A stretch of DNA of 64,000 nucleotides from Clostridiaceae bacterium (GTDB lineage: Bacteria > Bacillota > Clostridia > Oscillospirales > Butyricicoccaceae), in NCBI GenBank assembly GCA_016293155.1, contig JAEDEU010000001.1, positions 3,198 through 67,197 of the forward strand. The letters run 5' to 3'. Below the pieces are notes generated by a model. That model saw only the letters and a list, made by a program, of their open reading frames with translations, searched no databases and had not been told where the DNA came from. Positions 55,582-64,000 of the stretch are shown in pieces (within the stretch, counting starts at the first letter, position 1; each line of letters opens with the position of its first letter). Position numbers and translations under genes: made by a program.

Positions 55582-57060
55582 ATGTTAAGAAGAACGAAAA
55601 TCATTTGTACTCTGGGTCCGGCAACCGACAGTAAGGAAACCATTGCAAAAATGGTTGAGGCAGGCATGAATGTTGCCCGCCTGAACTTCAGCCACGGCTC
55701 TCATGCAGAGCAGCTGCAGCGCATTGAGATGGTTCGTCAGGTGCGCTCGGAAATGCACGCGCCGGTCGGCATCCTGCTGGATACCAAGGGTCCGGAAATC
55801 CGTATTAAGACCTTTGCAGACGGCAAGATTCAGCTGGAGGAGGATCAGCTGTTTACGCTGACCACCCGCGAGGTAGAGGGTACGAATGAAATCGTTTCCA
55901 TTACTTATGCCGGTCTGCCGCAGGACGTTGCAGTTGGTACCCGCATTCTGATCGACGACGGTCTGATCGAGATGATTGTCGAGAAGCTGACCGAGACCGA
56001 TATTACCTGCCGCGTCAAGAACAGCGGTCCGCTTTCCAACCGCAAGTCCATTAATGTACCGGGTATTTCGCTCAATATGCCGTACATCAGTGAGCAGGAT
56101 AAGAAGGACATCGAGTTTGGCTGCGACCAGAAGGTGGACTTCATTGCGGCATCCTTTGTCCGTACCGCTGCGGATATGAAGCAGCTCAAGGCAATCCTGC
56201 GCCGCAAGCATATGCTGGGCAAGATCCGCATCATTGCAAAGATTGAAAACCGCGAGGGCTTTGATAATCTGGACAAGATTCTCAAGGAAGTAGACGGCGT
56301 TATGGTTGCACGCGGCGACATGGGCGTTGAGGTTCCGTTCGAGGAGCTGCCGAAGATTCAGAAGAAGATTATTCGCAAGTGCATGTACAACGGTAAGATC
56401 TCCATCACCGCAACCCAGATGCTGGATTCCATGACCCACAATCCGCGCCCGACCCGTGCAGAGGTTTCGGACGTAGCGAATGCGGTTTATGACGGCACCG
56501 GTGCAGTCATGCTGTCCGGCGAGACCTCCGTCGGTAAGTATCCGATCGAAACCATCCGCGCGATGGCGACCATCTGCAAGAAGACCGAGAACAACATTGA
56601 CTACGCAAAGCGCCGTGTTCAGCTGATCGACAATGCAAAGTTTGTCGGCGATCCGATGACCATCGGCATCGCGGGCGCAACGGTATCCACCTCCGAAATG
56701 CTGGACTGCCGTGCCATCGTTGCACTGACCAATTCCGGTCATTCCGCCAACGCAGTTGCACGCTTCCGTCCGGCAAAGCCGATCATCGGTGCAACCTATA
56801 CGGAGGAGACCTTCCATCGTCTGTCTCTGTCCTGGGGCGTTGTACCGTGGCTGTGCCACCATCAGCCGACTGACATCATGCTGTATGCAGAGGCATGCCG
56901 CGCTGCCATTCAGGCGGGCTACTGTGAGCCGGATGATATGCTCATCCTGACCGCAGGTATGCCGGTCGGTGCTACCCCGTATACCAATACCATGCGCATC
57001 TTCCATGTTTCCGAGCAGGAGTATGAAGCATATAAAAACTGGGTCAGCCCGAACGCATAA
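55582..57060 (+). CDS. pyk: Pyruvate kinase
   Basis: RRTKIICTLGPA, MNVARLNFSHG, LLDTKGPEIR, MVARGDMGVE motifs. 492 aa. Confidence 0.95.
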   Translation: MLRRTKIICTLGPATDSKETIAKMVEAGMNVARLNFSHGSHAEQLQRIEMVRQVRSEMHAPVGILLDTKGPEIRIKTFADGKIQLEEDQLFTLTTREVEGTNEIVSITYAGLPQDVAVGTRILIDDGLIEMIVEKLTETDITCRVKNSGPLSNRKSINVPGISLNMPYISEQDKKDIEFGCDQKVDFIAASFVRTAADMKQLKAILRRKHMLGKIRIIAKIENREGFDNLDKILKEVDGVMVARGDMGVEVPFEELPKIQKKIIRKCMYNGKISITATQMLDSMTHNPRPTRAEVSDVANAVYDGTGAVMLSGETSVGKYPIETIRAMATICKKTENNIDYAKRRVQLIDNAKFVGDPMTIGIAGATVSTSEMLDCRAIVALTNSGHSANAVARFRPAKPIIGATYTEETFHRLSLSWGVVPWLCHHQPTDIMLYAEACRAAIQAGYCEPDDMLILTAGMPVGATPYTNTMRIFHVSEQEYEAYKNWVSPNA

Positions 57061-57081
57061 ACAAAATTCATGACGATACCG

Positions 57082-57115
57082 CACCGCATAGCTTTGGCTA
57101 TGCGGTGTGTTTCTG
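57082..57115 (+). terminator. Intrinsic terminator after pyk
   Basis: CACCGCATAGC-TTTG-GCTATGCGGTG followed by TGTTTCT. Confidence 0.7.
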
Positions 57116-57162
57116 CCCTGTAATATGAGGGCGGAATCAATCAGAAAATAAGGAGTATTACA

Positions 57163-57336
57163 ATGGTTTTTCATGATTCTATGATGCTGCTCAGCTATGT
57201 CAACACCAAGCTGCGCGATCAGTACCGCAGTCTGGATGCGCTGTGTGAGGATCTTCAGATGAGCAGACGCGAGCTGGTGAAGCGTCTCGCGGAGATCGAC
57301 TATGAATATGACCAGAGTCTGAACCGGTTTGTCTGA
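57163..57336 (+). CDS. DUF4250-like small protein (57 aa)
   Basis: Translated by hand: MVFHDSMMLLSYVNTKLRDQYRSLDALCEDLQMSRRELVKRLAEIDYEYDQSLNRFV*. AAGGAG lies 7 nt upstream. Absent from the supplied ORF track, whose shortest entries are 60 aa. Confidence 0.7.
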   Translation: MVFHDSMMLLSYVNTKLRDQYRSLDALCEDLQMSRRELVKRLAEIDYEYDQSLNRFV

Positions 57337-57340
57337 GGCT

Positions 57341-58693
57341 ATGAACGAAAAAACTGCATTTTATCGCCGCGCCGCCGCGCTGATTCTGCCGATGGCGCTG
57401 CAAAACCTGATTAATGTCGGCATTTCGTCCATCGACGTGGTCATGCTCGGACGGGTGGGAGAGACCGTGCTGTCCGGTGCCTCGCTGGGCAGTCAGATTC
57501 AGTTCATCCTCAACCTGATGCTGTTCGGCGCGACCTCAGGCGCGGCCATCCTGATGGCGCAGTACTGGGGCAAGGGCGACCGCGCGGCGGTTGGAACCGT
57601 CTGGGGCATGGTGCTCAAGCTGACGATGCTCATCTCGCTGCTGTTTACCGTGCTGGTGTTTGTATTCCCGTACCATGCGATTTCGATTTTCACCAATGAC
57701 GGAGCGGTGCGTGAACAGGGTGCGCAGTATCTGCGCATCGTATGCCTGTCCTATCTGCCGCTGACCTTTACGATGGTGTATCTCAACACCATGCGCAGTG
57801 TCGGCAGGGTGCGCATCGCAACCGTGGTGTATCTGTGCTCCATGCTGACCAATATTGCGGTCAATGCCGTGCTGATTTTCGGACTGTGCGGCGCACCCAG
57901 AATGGGCATCCGCGGCGCGGCTATCGGCACGCTGTGTGCGCGACTGATGGAGCTTGCCGTTGTCGCAGTGTACAATCGCAGGTGGAACACCGAGCTGCCG
58001 TTCCGGTGGCGCTATGTCAAGGCGTTTGACCGCACGCTGGCAAAGGATTATGTCAAGTACAGCCTGCCGGTGCTGTTCAATGAGCTGATGTGGGGCACGG
58101 GCTGCTCCATGATTGCAGCGATTCTGGGGCATATGGGAAGCGCGGCAGTCGCAGCCAATTCCGTAGCGCAGGTCGTGCGTCAGCTGGCAACCGTGGCATC
58201 CTTTGGCGTTGCGAGCGCCGCGGCGGTAATGGTCGGACAGACGCTGGGAGAGGGCAGGAAGGATGCCGCAAAGCGCTATGCCGACCGGCTGGTGCGCCTT
58301 GCCATGCTGCTCAGTCTGGCGGGCGCGGGACTGATTCTGCTCATTCGTCCGCTGATTCTGCGCAGTGTGGCGATTTCCGACGAGGCGATTGCATATCTGT
58401 CCGTCATGCTGCTGGTCATGTCGTATTTTGTCGTGGCACAGGTGTACAATACGGTCGTGATTGTGGGCATTCTGCGCGGCGGCGGAGATACCAAATTCGG
58501 CTTTATGGTGGATGTTATTTTCATGTGGGGCGTGGCGATTCTGTTCGGCTTTGTCGCGGCATTCGTGCTGCACTGGAGCGTCATTCCGGTCTATCTGATT
58601 CTGACCTGTGATGAGCTGCTCAAGGTGCCCGCAAGCGCCCTGCGCTACCGCTCGAAAAAATGGCTGAATAACATTACAAGGGAGACAACATGA
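57341..58693 (+). CDS. MATE-family efflux transporter
   Basis: 450 aa, 12 TM. Typical N-terminus ILPMALQNLINVGISSIDVVMLG and internal duplication. ATG 57341 lies 5 nt after the DUF4250 stop. Confidence 0.85.
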   Translation: MNEKTAFYRRAAALILPMALQNLINVGISSIDVVMLGRVGETVLSGASLGSQIQFILNLMLFGATSGAAILMAQYWGKGDRAAVGTVWGMVLKLTMLISLLFTVLVFVFPYHAISIFTNDGAVREQGAQYLRIVCLSYLPLTFTMVYLNTMRSVGRVRIATVVYLCSMLTNIAVNAVLIFGLCGAPRMGIRGAAIGTLCARLMELAVVAVYNRRWNTELPFRWRYVKAFDRTLAKDYVKYSLPVLFNELMWGTGCSMIAAILGHMGSAAVAANSVAQVVRQLATVASFGVASAAAVMVGQTLGEGRKDAAKRYADRLVRLAMLLSLAGAGLILLIRPLILRSVAISDEAIAYLSVMLLVMSYFVVAQVYNTVVIVGILRGGGDTKFGFMVDVIFMWGVAILFGFVAAFVLHWSVIPVYLILTCDELLKVPASALRYRSKKWLNNITRETT

Positions 58694-59364
58694 GTACAAT
58701 TTTACGAGGCGTCGTATTTGATATGGATGGGCTGCTGCTGGATTCCGAGCGGTATGTACAGATGGCATGGGATCTTGGCGGCGAGCGCATCGGCTGGGGT
58801 GCGCTCGGACACAATATCGTCCACACGCTCGGCATGAATCATGACCGCAGACGCGCGTATTTTTTGGAAAAATACGGGGAGGAGTTCCCGTATGACCGCT
58901 TCTGCGAGGCATACCGTGCGGCATTCCATGAGCTGACACGGGAGCACGGCGTGCCGCGGAAGGAAGGCGGTCTGGAGCTGATGCGCTTTTTGCAAAAACA
59001 CGGCGTTCGGATGGCGGTCGCAACCTCGTCCAGCGATGAGTACGCGGTGCGCAGTCTGAAAAAAGTGGGTTTTTTGCCGTATCTGGACGGCGTCGTGACC
59101 GGCGGCATGGTGGAGCACAGCAAGCCGCATCCGGAGAGCTATCTGCGGGCGTGTGAGCTGCTCGGTCTGGCACCACAGGACTGCATGGCGCTGGAGGATG
59201 CACCGAACGGCATCCGTGCGGCGCACGCCGCCGGTATGTATCCGGTGATGATTCCCGATCTGGTAAAGGATACCGCGCCGGTGGATGATCTTCTGTTCGG
59301 GAAGGCGGACAGCCTGCACGATGTAATACCGCTGATCCGGGAGCATTTTGAGCTGCCGGAATAA
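58690..59364 (+). CDS. HAD-IA family hydrolase (beta-phosphoglucomutase-like phosphatase)
   Basis: VVFDMDGLLLDSE nucleophile motif, ATSS, KPHPE, EDAPNGIRAAHAAGM. ATGA overlap with the MATE gene. Confidence 0.8.
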   Translation: MSTILRGVVFDMDGLLLDSERYVQMAWDLGGERIGWGALGHNIVHTLGMNHDRRRAYFLEKYGEEFPYDRFCEAYRAAFHELTREHGVPRKEGGLELMRFLQKHGVRMAVATSSSDEYAVRSLKKVGFLPYLDGVVTGGMVEHSKPHPESYLRACELLGLAPQDCMALEDAPNGIRAAHAAGMYPVMIPDLVKDTAPVDDLLFGKADSLHDVIPLIREHFELPE

Positions 59365-59373
59365 AAATACATG

Positions 59374-59401
59374 AAAAGAGCTGCATTGCGGCTCTTTTTT
59401 T
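59374..59401 (+). terminator. Terminator hairpin after the HAD gene
   Basis: AAAAGAGC - 9 nt - GCTCTTTT followed by a T-run. Confidence 0.6.
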
Positions 59402-59419
59402 GCGGAAATTCGCCTGAAT

Positions 59420-59448
59420 TTGACAAAATATGCACAGATTGGTATAAT
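59420..59448 (+). promoter_or_regulatory. Consensus sigma-70 promoter
   Basis: TTGACA - 17 nt (ending TGG) - TATAAT. This excludes the 59420 and 59447 ORF starts and supports ATG 59477. Confidence 0.7.
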
Positions 59449-59476
59449 GAAAAAAACCGATATCAGAGGTGCATGT

Positions 59477-60445
59477 ATGGGTGGACTGAGAAAACAGCTG
59501 AAAAGCCGAGGGGCTCCGCTGGCCGTATTTCTGGCGGCAGGCGTGCTGACCTGTGCCCTTGCGGGTATAGGGCGGGAGACCTATGAGCTGACGGACGGCA
59601 AAATCGTGGAAACGATTACCTGCTTTGAGGAGGATCCCTATGCGCTGCTCGGCTATTCCGAGCAGTTTTCGGAGGAAACCTACTATATCTGGCCGACCTC
59701 GGAGGACGGCTTTGAACGTTCTGAATCCGGCGCGGTGCAGCTGCCTGTCCATCAAAAATTTGCGGTGCAGCTGACGGCGGACGGACAGACGACCGAGGTG
59801 CTCAGCGGCGTGAGTACGGTGCAGAGTGTTTTGCAGGAAAACGGCATTGCAGTGGGCGAGGACGATGTGGTGAAGCCTGGACTGCATAAGCCGGTTTCAG
59901 AGGCGTGCTCTATTCAGGTCATCCGCGTCACCAGCGAGGTCACGGAGCAGACGGTAAAGCTCAAGTTCCAGACCGAGGAAACGGAAAACAATGATCTGGA
60001 ATACGGCAAAAAGAAGACCGTTCAAAAGGGTCAAAACGGCAAAAAGTGGCAAAAGGTTCAGATAACATACTATGACGGCGAGGAGCACGCGCGTGAGGTG
60101 CTGGAGGAAAAGATTCTCGAGCAGCCTGTGACGCAGATTGTGGAAAAGGGCACGGCGCGCATGATCGACGGACACCGGTATCGGGAAAAGTACACGATGG
60201 AGGCAACCGCCTATCATTCCGGCAGCATCACTGCGCTGGGCTTTATCGGCTATGAGGGCGTTGTCGCGGTCGATCCGGATATCATTCCGCTTGGCAGCCG
60301 TGTATACATTCCGGGCTACGGGGAGGGCTATGCCGCGGACACCGGCGGCTCCATTCAGGGGCACCGGATTGACCTGTGTATGGCAAGCCATCAGCGCATT
60401 TATGAATTCGGCAGGCGAAACATCACGGTTTACCTGCTGGAGTGA
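59477..60445 (+). CDS. YabE-like cell-wall protein (signal anchor, DUF348, G5 and 3D domains)
   Basis: N-terminal TM APLAVFLAAGVLTCALAG. G5-like KLKFQTEETENNDLEYGKKKTVQKGQNGK...VEKGT. C-terminal 3D domain ATAYH...VAVDPDIIPLGSRVYIPGYG...DTGGSIQGHRIDL. Lies upstream of rsmA as in Bacillus yabE-ksgA synteny. Confidence 0.75.
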   Translation: MGGLRKQLKSRGAPLAVFLAAGVLTCALAGIGRETYELTDGKIVETITCFEEDPYALLGYSEQFSEETYYIWPTSEDGFERSESGAVQLPVHQKFAVQLTADGQTTEVLSGVSTVQSVLQENGIAVGEDDVVKPGLHKPVSEACSIQVIRVTSEVTEQTVKLKFQTEETENNDLEYGKKKTVQKGQNGKKWQKVQITYYDGEEHAREVLEEKILEQPVTQIVEKGTARMIDGHRYREKYTMEATAYHSGSITALGFIGYEGVVAVDPDIIPLGSRVYIPGYGEGYAADTGGSIQGHRIDLCMASHQRIYEFGRRNITVYLLE

Positions 60446-60458
60446 CCACAAATAAACC

Positions 60459-60488
60459 GAGCACAGTCCTGCGGCTGTGCTCTTTTTT
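60459..60488 (+). terminator. Intrinsic terminator after the G5/3D gene
   Basis: GAGCACAG - 8 nt - CTGTGCTC followed by TTTTTT. Confidence 0.8.
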
Positions 60489-60576
60489 GTGCGGAACGGA
60501 GAAAGCGGTGCTGCATCTTGCGGCGGGCATTCGCTCCGTGCTATAATCATTGCAGGATTCAAACAAGGAGAATGTT

Positions 60577-61455
60577 ATGGGACTTTGTGATATTGCGGAT
60601 ATCCGCGAGATTTTAGGGCGTCATGGATTTCATTTTTCCAAGTCGCTCGGACAAAACTTTCTGACGGCGGCATGGGTGCCGGAAGCCATCGCCGAGGTCT
60701 GCGGTGTGGACGCGGACAGCTGTGCGCTTGAGGTCGGTCCGGGCATGGGCTGCCTGACCGAACAGCTTTCCAAGCGCGCGAAAAGCGTGTGCGCCATCGA
60801 GCTTGACCGCGCCCTGTTTCCGGTGCTGGCGGAAACCCTCGCCGACTGTGACAATGTCGAAATCGTGCAGGGTGACGTACTCAAGACCGATTTAAAGCAG
60901 CTGTGCGCGGAAAAATTCGGAGAGCAGGCACGCATCCACGCCTGCGCCAATCTGCCGTACTATATCACCACGCCGGCGATTTCCGCGCTGCTCCAGTCCG
61001 GCGTGTTTGACAGCGTGACGGTCATGATCCAGAAAGAGGTTGCACAGCGCATCTGCGCCGCACCGGGCACCTCGGATTACAGTGCGTTTTCCATCTTTGT
61101 CCGCTACTATGCGGATGCGGAGATTGCGGTCAACGTGCCGCGCGGCTGCTTTGTCCCGCAGCCGAAGGTGGATTCCGCCGTCGTGCACATGAAGCTGCGC
61201 GGTACGCCGCCGGTGGAAATTTTGAATGAAAAACTGTTTTTTGCGATGGTGCGCTCTGCGTTCAATCAGCGCCGCAAGACGCTGGTCAACTCGCTGGGCG
61301 GTGCGCTCGGCAGCACGCTCGGAAAGACCGGCATTCAGGCGCTGGTCGAGGACTGTGGCTTTGACCCGCGCATCCGTGGGGAACGCCTGTCGCTGGAGGA
61401 CTTTGCCGCGCTCGCCAATCTGGCACATCAGCGCATTTCACTGTCCGAGCAGTAA
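60577..61455 (+). CDS. rsmA: 16S rRNA (adenine1518/1519-N6)-dimethyltransferase RsmA/KsgA
   Basis: KSLGQNFL, SAM motif LEVGPGMGCLT, NLPYYITTP. AAGGAG lies 6 nt upstream of ATG 60577. Confidence 0.9.
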   Translation: MGLCDIADIREILGRHGFHFSKSLGQNFLTAAWVPEAIAEVCGVDADSCALEVGPGMGCLTEQLSKRAKSVCAIELDRALFPVLAETLADCDNVEIVQGDVLKTDLKQLCAEKFGEQARIHACANLPYYITTPAISALLQSGVFDSVTVMIQKEVAQRICAAPGTSDYSAFSIFVRYYADAEIAVNVPRGCFVPQPKVDSAVVHMKLRGTPPVEILNEKLFFAMVRSAFNQRRKTLVNSLGGALGSTLGKTGIQALVEDCGFDPRIRGERLSLEDFAALANLAHQRISLSEQ

Positions 61456-61701
61456 CAGCAGACCGGCAATCAGCAGCAGCTCGGTATCCAGCGTGCCGTC
61501 GTTGTCCAGCAGCAGAAAGCACAGCACCGCGAGCAGCAGAAGAAGCTCTAACGAAATGCCGCTGCCGCCCTTGCCGAACAGATCAAACAGACCGGAAAGC
61601 CCAGACTTTCCGGTTTTTTGTTCCTCCGGACAGGGGGGCTTTGGCGGCGGAGGAGGGCAGGGCGACTCCGGAGCGGATTTTTGCAGATAGCGATTGTACA
61701 T
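61438..61701 (-). CDS. Small hypothetical membrane protein (87 aa; Pro-rich N-terminus, Leu-rich hydrophobic tail)
   Basis: GAGGTGA lies 6 nt upstream of the ATG. Sequence includes PPPPPKPPCPEE...GLFDLFGKGG...LLLLLAVLCFLLL...LLLIAGLLLLLGQ. The 3' end overlaps the convergent rsmA by 18 nt. Confidence 0.5.
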   Translation of the reverse strand: MYNRYLQKSAPESPCPPPPPKPPCPEEQKTGKSGLSGLFDLFGKGGSGISLELLLLLAVLCFLLLDNDGTLDTELLLIAGLLLLLGQ

Positions 61702-61721
61702 TCAGAATCACCTCATTGCAG

Positions 61722-62066
61722 TCAAAGCTCGCGCAGATTGATCTGCGTCATCGCGGCACGCGCCATGCGTGCCATGCCGAGCAGCCGGACGGCGTGATCG
61801 ATCTCGCCGCAGGATTTTTGCGAGATAAACGGCTTGATCGCGGTCAGCAGCCGGATGCGGTCGGAATCGCTGTCACAGTGGCTGCTCTGGGCGATGGTGG
61901 TCAGCATGGGCAGCAGCTTTCCGGTCAGCTCTGCGGCCGGATCGGGTGTGGACGGCTTGGCATTCGGCTCGGACTGCGGCTGCCCGAACATGCTGGAGGC
62001 GGTCTGCATAAGATTGGACAGTGCCTCGGGATCGGACAGCAGGGAGGACAGGGCATCGGTATCCAT
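61722..62066 (-). CDS. Small hypothetical protein (about 114 aa)
   Basis: MDTDALSSLLSDPEALSNLMQTASSMFG...RIRLLTAIKPFISQKSCGEIDHAVRLLGMARM. Start is ATG 62066 (GGTGA 5 nt upstream) or GTG 62075, which overlaps the upstream stop. Confidence 0.5.
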   Translation of the reverse strand: MDTDALSSLLSDPEALSNLMQTASSMFGQPQSEPNAKPSTPDPAAELTGKLLPMLTTIAQSSHCDSDSDRIRLLTAIKPFISQKSCGEIDHAVRLLGMARMARAAMTQINLREL

Positions 62067-62071
62067 CGCGG

Positions 62072-62347
62072 TCACCGCAGCAGCCGTGCGATTTCAGCGG
62101 CGAGCTTTGCACCGTCCGGCGTGTTTAAAATCCCCTGGATCAGCTGCTTTGCGCCGTCCGGATCGCCGGACTGCATCTTGCTTGCGGCGGCTGCGATCAC
62201 CGAGCCGTAGCGGCGGGTGACATCCTGTGCGGTTTGACGTCCTTCCTGCGTGCCCATGGCGGAGCGGATTTTGCGTGCCGCCTCGCGGGTGTTCGGGTCG
62301 CTCTGCTCCATCGCGCGGATGATGGCTTCCATGTCTTGTTGCTGCAT
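62072..62347 (-). CDS. Small hypothetical helical protein (91 aa)
   Basis: GGAGG lies 8 nt upstream of ATG 62347. Sequence MQQQDMEAIIRAMEQSDPNTREAARKIRSAMG... First gene of a three-gene minus-strand unit. Confidence 0.5.
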   Translation of the reverse strand: MQQQDMEAIIRAMEQSDPNTREAARKIRSAMGTQEGRQTAQDVTRRYGSVIAAAASKMQSGDPDGAKQLIQGILNTPDGAKLAAEIARLLR

Positions 62348-62699
62348 AATCAATACCTCCGAATCGGGATGTAAAGGATGAAAAAACGGCGGTCTCAGCG
62401 CCGTGACGGACTGTTACAGTATATTCGTACACGGGGAAATTGTTCTTGCGCCGCGCAAAAAAATGACGGACGACCGGATGCATTTTCCGGTAAAGGCAAA
62501 TGGCAGCGCCGTTTGTCGGATATGAATCATAAGACAACCGTTTTCGTGCAAAAAAAGTTTGGAATATTCTCAATACTTTATAATTTTTTGATGAAAGCTC
62601 AGGATATTCGCGCAAAAGTAAATTGTTCTTTGACTTTTGCAGGAAAATGGTGTATATTTGTGATGGTATGATGAACCATGCGCAGAGGGAGGAGCCGCG

Positions 62700-63167
62700 A
62701 TGAAGGTTTTGGTTTTTTCGGACTCACACGGTCGTATGATAGAAATGCTCGCGGCGGTAGAAACGGAGCTGCCGGATCTGGTTCTGCACCTCGGCGATCA
62801 TTTGGAGGATGCGCAGGAGCTGCACAGGATGTGTCCGGAGATTCCGGTCATCGGTGTGCTCGGGAATAACGACTGGACGGACGGAAAAAACGAGGAGATC
62901 GTCACGGTGGAGGGCGTGCGTATTTTTATGACGCACGGACACGCCTACCGGGTGCGCTCGACCACCTCGCGGATGCTGCTGGAAACCAAGCGCAGAGGCT
63001 GTCAGATCGGTCTGTTCGGTCATACACACGTTCCGTTCGAGCAGAGGTACGGGCACACGCTGATTGCCAATCCGGGCAGTATCAGTATGCCGTATCGCGG
63101 AGAGCCGTCCTACCTGCGGCTGACAATAGAGGACAAACAGTATTCGTATGAATTTGTTGAGGGATAA
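62700..63167 (+). CDS. YfcE/MJ0936-family metallophosphoesterase
   Basis: MKVLVFSDSHG, HLGDH, GNND, THGH, GHTH metal-ligand motifs. 155 aa. GGGAGGAG RBS. Confidence 0.85.
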   Translation: MKVLVFSDSHGRMIEMLAAVETELPDLVLHLGDHLEDAQELHRMCPEIPVIGVLGNNDWTDGKNEEIVTVEGVRIFMTHGHAYRVRSTTSRMLLETKRRGCQIGLFGHTHVPFEQRYGHTLIANPGSISMPYRGEPSYLRLTIEDKQYSYEFVEG

Positions 63168-63214
63168 ATGCAAAAAAGGGGAGCTCCGCATGGGGATGCG
63201 GGGCAGGAACAATC

Positions 63215-64000
63215 ATGCTGTTAACAATTGATGTAGGCAATACAAACACGGTGTTCGGTATTTACCGCGGCGAAAAGCTGCTGGGAAGCTTTCGCCTTTC
63301 CACCACGGCGGATCGTACCTCGGATGAGCTGGGAATGCAGATTCTGCAATACTACTCCTTCCGCGGACTCAAGCCGAGTGAAACCGATGCGGTCATTATC
63401 GCGTCGGTTGTCCCGCCGATCATGCACACGCTGGTCAATGCCATCCGTAAGTATATCGGCGTGATGCCGCTGGTGGTCGGCAAGGATGTGGACACCGGAC
63501 TGGAAAACCGCTACGACAACCCGAAGGAGGTTGGCATCGACCGTCTGGTCAATGCAGTTTCCGCCGTGAAAAAGTACGGCACGCCGCTGATTATCATTGA
63601 CATCGGTACGGCAACCACCTTTGACGTCATCAGCAAGGACGGCGCGTACATGGGCGGAGCGATCTTCCCGGGCATCCGCGTTGCCATGGAGGCGCTGTTC
63701 ATGAAGGCCTCCAAGCTGCCGCGCGTGGACATCGTTCGTCCGGAGCAGGCAATCGGCACGAGCACGGTAAAGAGTATGCAGTCGGGTGCGGTGCGCGGCT
63801 ATGCCGGCGCAATCAACGGCATCGTGGAAGAAATGCTGCCGGAGATCGAGGATGCACAGAACTGTACGATTATCGCCACGGGCGGCATGGGCCGCATGAT
63901 GGCGGAGTACTGCCCGATTATCAGCGAGGTAGATGCAAATCTGACGCTGGAGGGTCTGCGCATGATTTATGAAAACAACAAGCACAAGTTTGCACGATGC
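63215..64000 (+). CDS. coaX: Type III pantothenate kinase CoaX (3' end not reached in window)
   Basis: Hand translation MLLTIDVGNTNTVFGIY..., GIDRLVNAV, IIIDIGTATTFDV, ATGGMG. The frame is open for 262 codons to the window edge, so it is absent from the ORF track. Confidence 0.85.
   Translation, partial: MLLTIDVGNTNTVFGIYRGEKLLGSFRLSTTADRTSDELGMQILQYYSFRGLKPSETDAVIIASVVPPIMHTLVNAIRKYIGVMPLVVGKDVDTGLENRYDNPKEVGIDRLVNAVSAVKKYGTPLIIIDIGTATTFDVISKDGAYMGGAIFPGIRVAMEALFMKASKLPRVDIVRPEQAIGTSTVKSMQSGAVRGYAGAINGIVEEMLPEIEDAQNCTIIATGGMGRMMAEYCPIISEVDANLTLEGLRMIYENNKHKFARC

Noticed and set aside
55410-55634. 74-aa ORF in the ridA-pyk spacer, overlapping the pyk start
   Set aside because: No RBS. It overlaps the pyk RBS and start codon and a TGGACA-17-TATACT promoter-like element. 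More likely part of the pyk leader.
57536-59887. 783-aa ORF on the minus strand spanning the MATE, HAD and G5/3D genes
   Set aside because: It is antisense to three well-supported plus-strand genes. Its translation is low-complexity and rich in Arg/His/Pro/Ala, as is typical of shadow ORFs in GC-rich DNA. There is no RBS and it crosses a terminator and a consensus promoter.
1-64000. CRISPR arrays, IS elements, prophage, toxin-antitoxin or known defence-system genes
   Set aside because: Apart from the in-frame FtsX repeats and the two tRNA-Gln units, no regularly spaced short repeats were seen. No ORF carries transposase, integrase, nuclease-helicase or other motifs typical of defence systems.

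Overview
GC-rich chromosomal segment with AT-rich intergenic spacers and a Firmicutes/Clostridia-type gene organisation (taxon is inference). Bases 1-23,726 are one uninterrupted plus-strand operon of 26 genes: cobalt ECF uptake (cbiMNQO), the anaerobic cobalamin pathway (cbiD/L/F/G/H/J/ET/C/A, cobQ, cbiB, cobD, cobU, cobS, cobT, cobO) and the C5 tetrapyrrole trunk (hemA/L/B/C, cobA-hemD). An AlkD-like gene is appended to it. Next come a minus-strand corrinoid protein / DUF1638 / RACo-type activase operon, a complete Pho regulon (pstSCAB-phoU, phoPR-like pair, Na/Pi symporter) with phased TTTACA boxes, and gltX-glnS. Further on lie a DtxR/MntR-type regulator, tRNA-Ser(CGA), an M20 amidohydrolase and a DhaL-DhaK-aldolase-VOC cassette. 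A 1,287-aa double-FtsX permease carries six coiled-coil repeats. amtB-glnB is bracketed by two identical tRNA-Gln(CUG) repeat units. The window ends with typA, ridA, pyk, DUF4250, a MATE pump, a HAD hydrolase, a G5/3D wall protein, rsmA, three tiny minus-strand genes, a YfcE-like phosphoesterase and 3'-truncated coaX. I saw no CRISPR array, IS element, integrase, prophage or recognisable defence genes. The candidates most worth follow-up are the methyltransferase-less corrinoid/DUF1638/activase module, the DhaLK-LsrF-like-VOC cassette, the amtB leader attenuator between duplicated tRNA-Gln genes, the orphan coiled-coil FtsX permease and a shortened CobU paralog. All functional calls come from motif and family recognition by eye. 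No database search was run.
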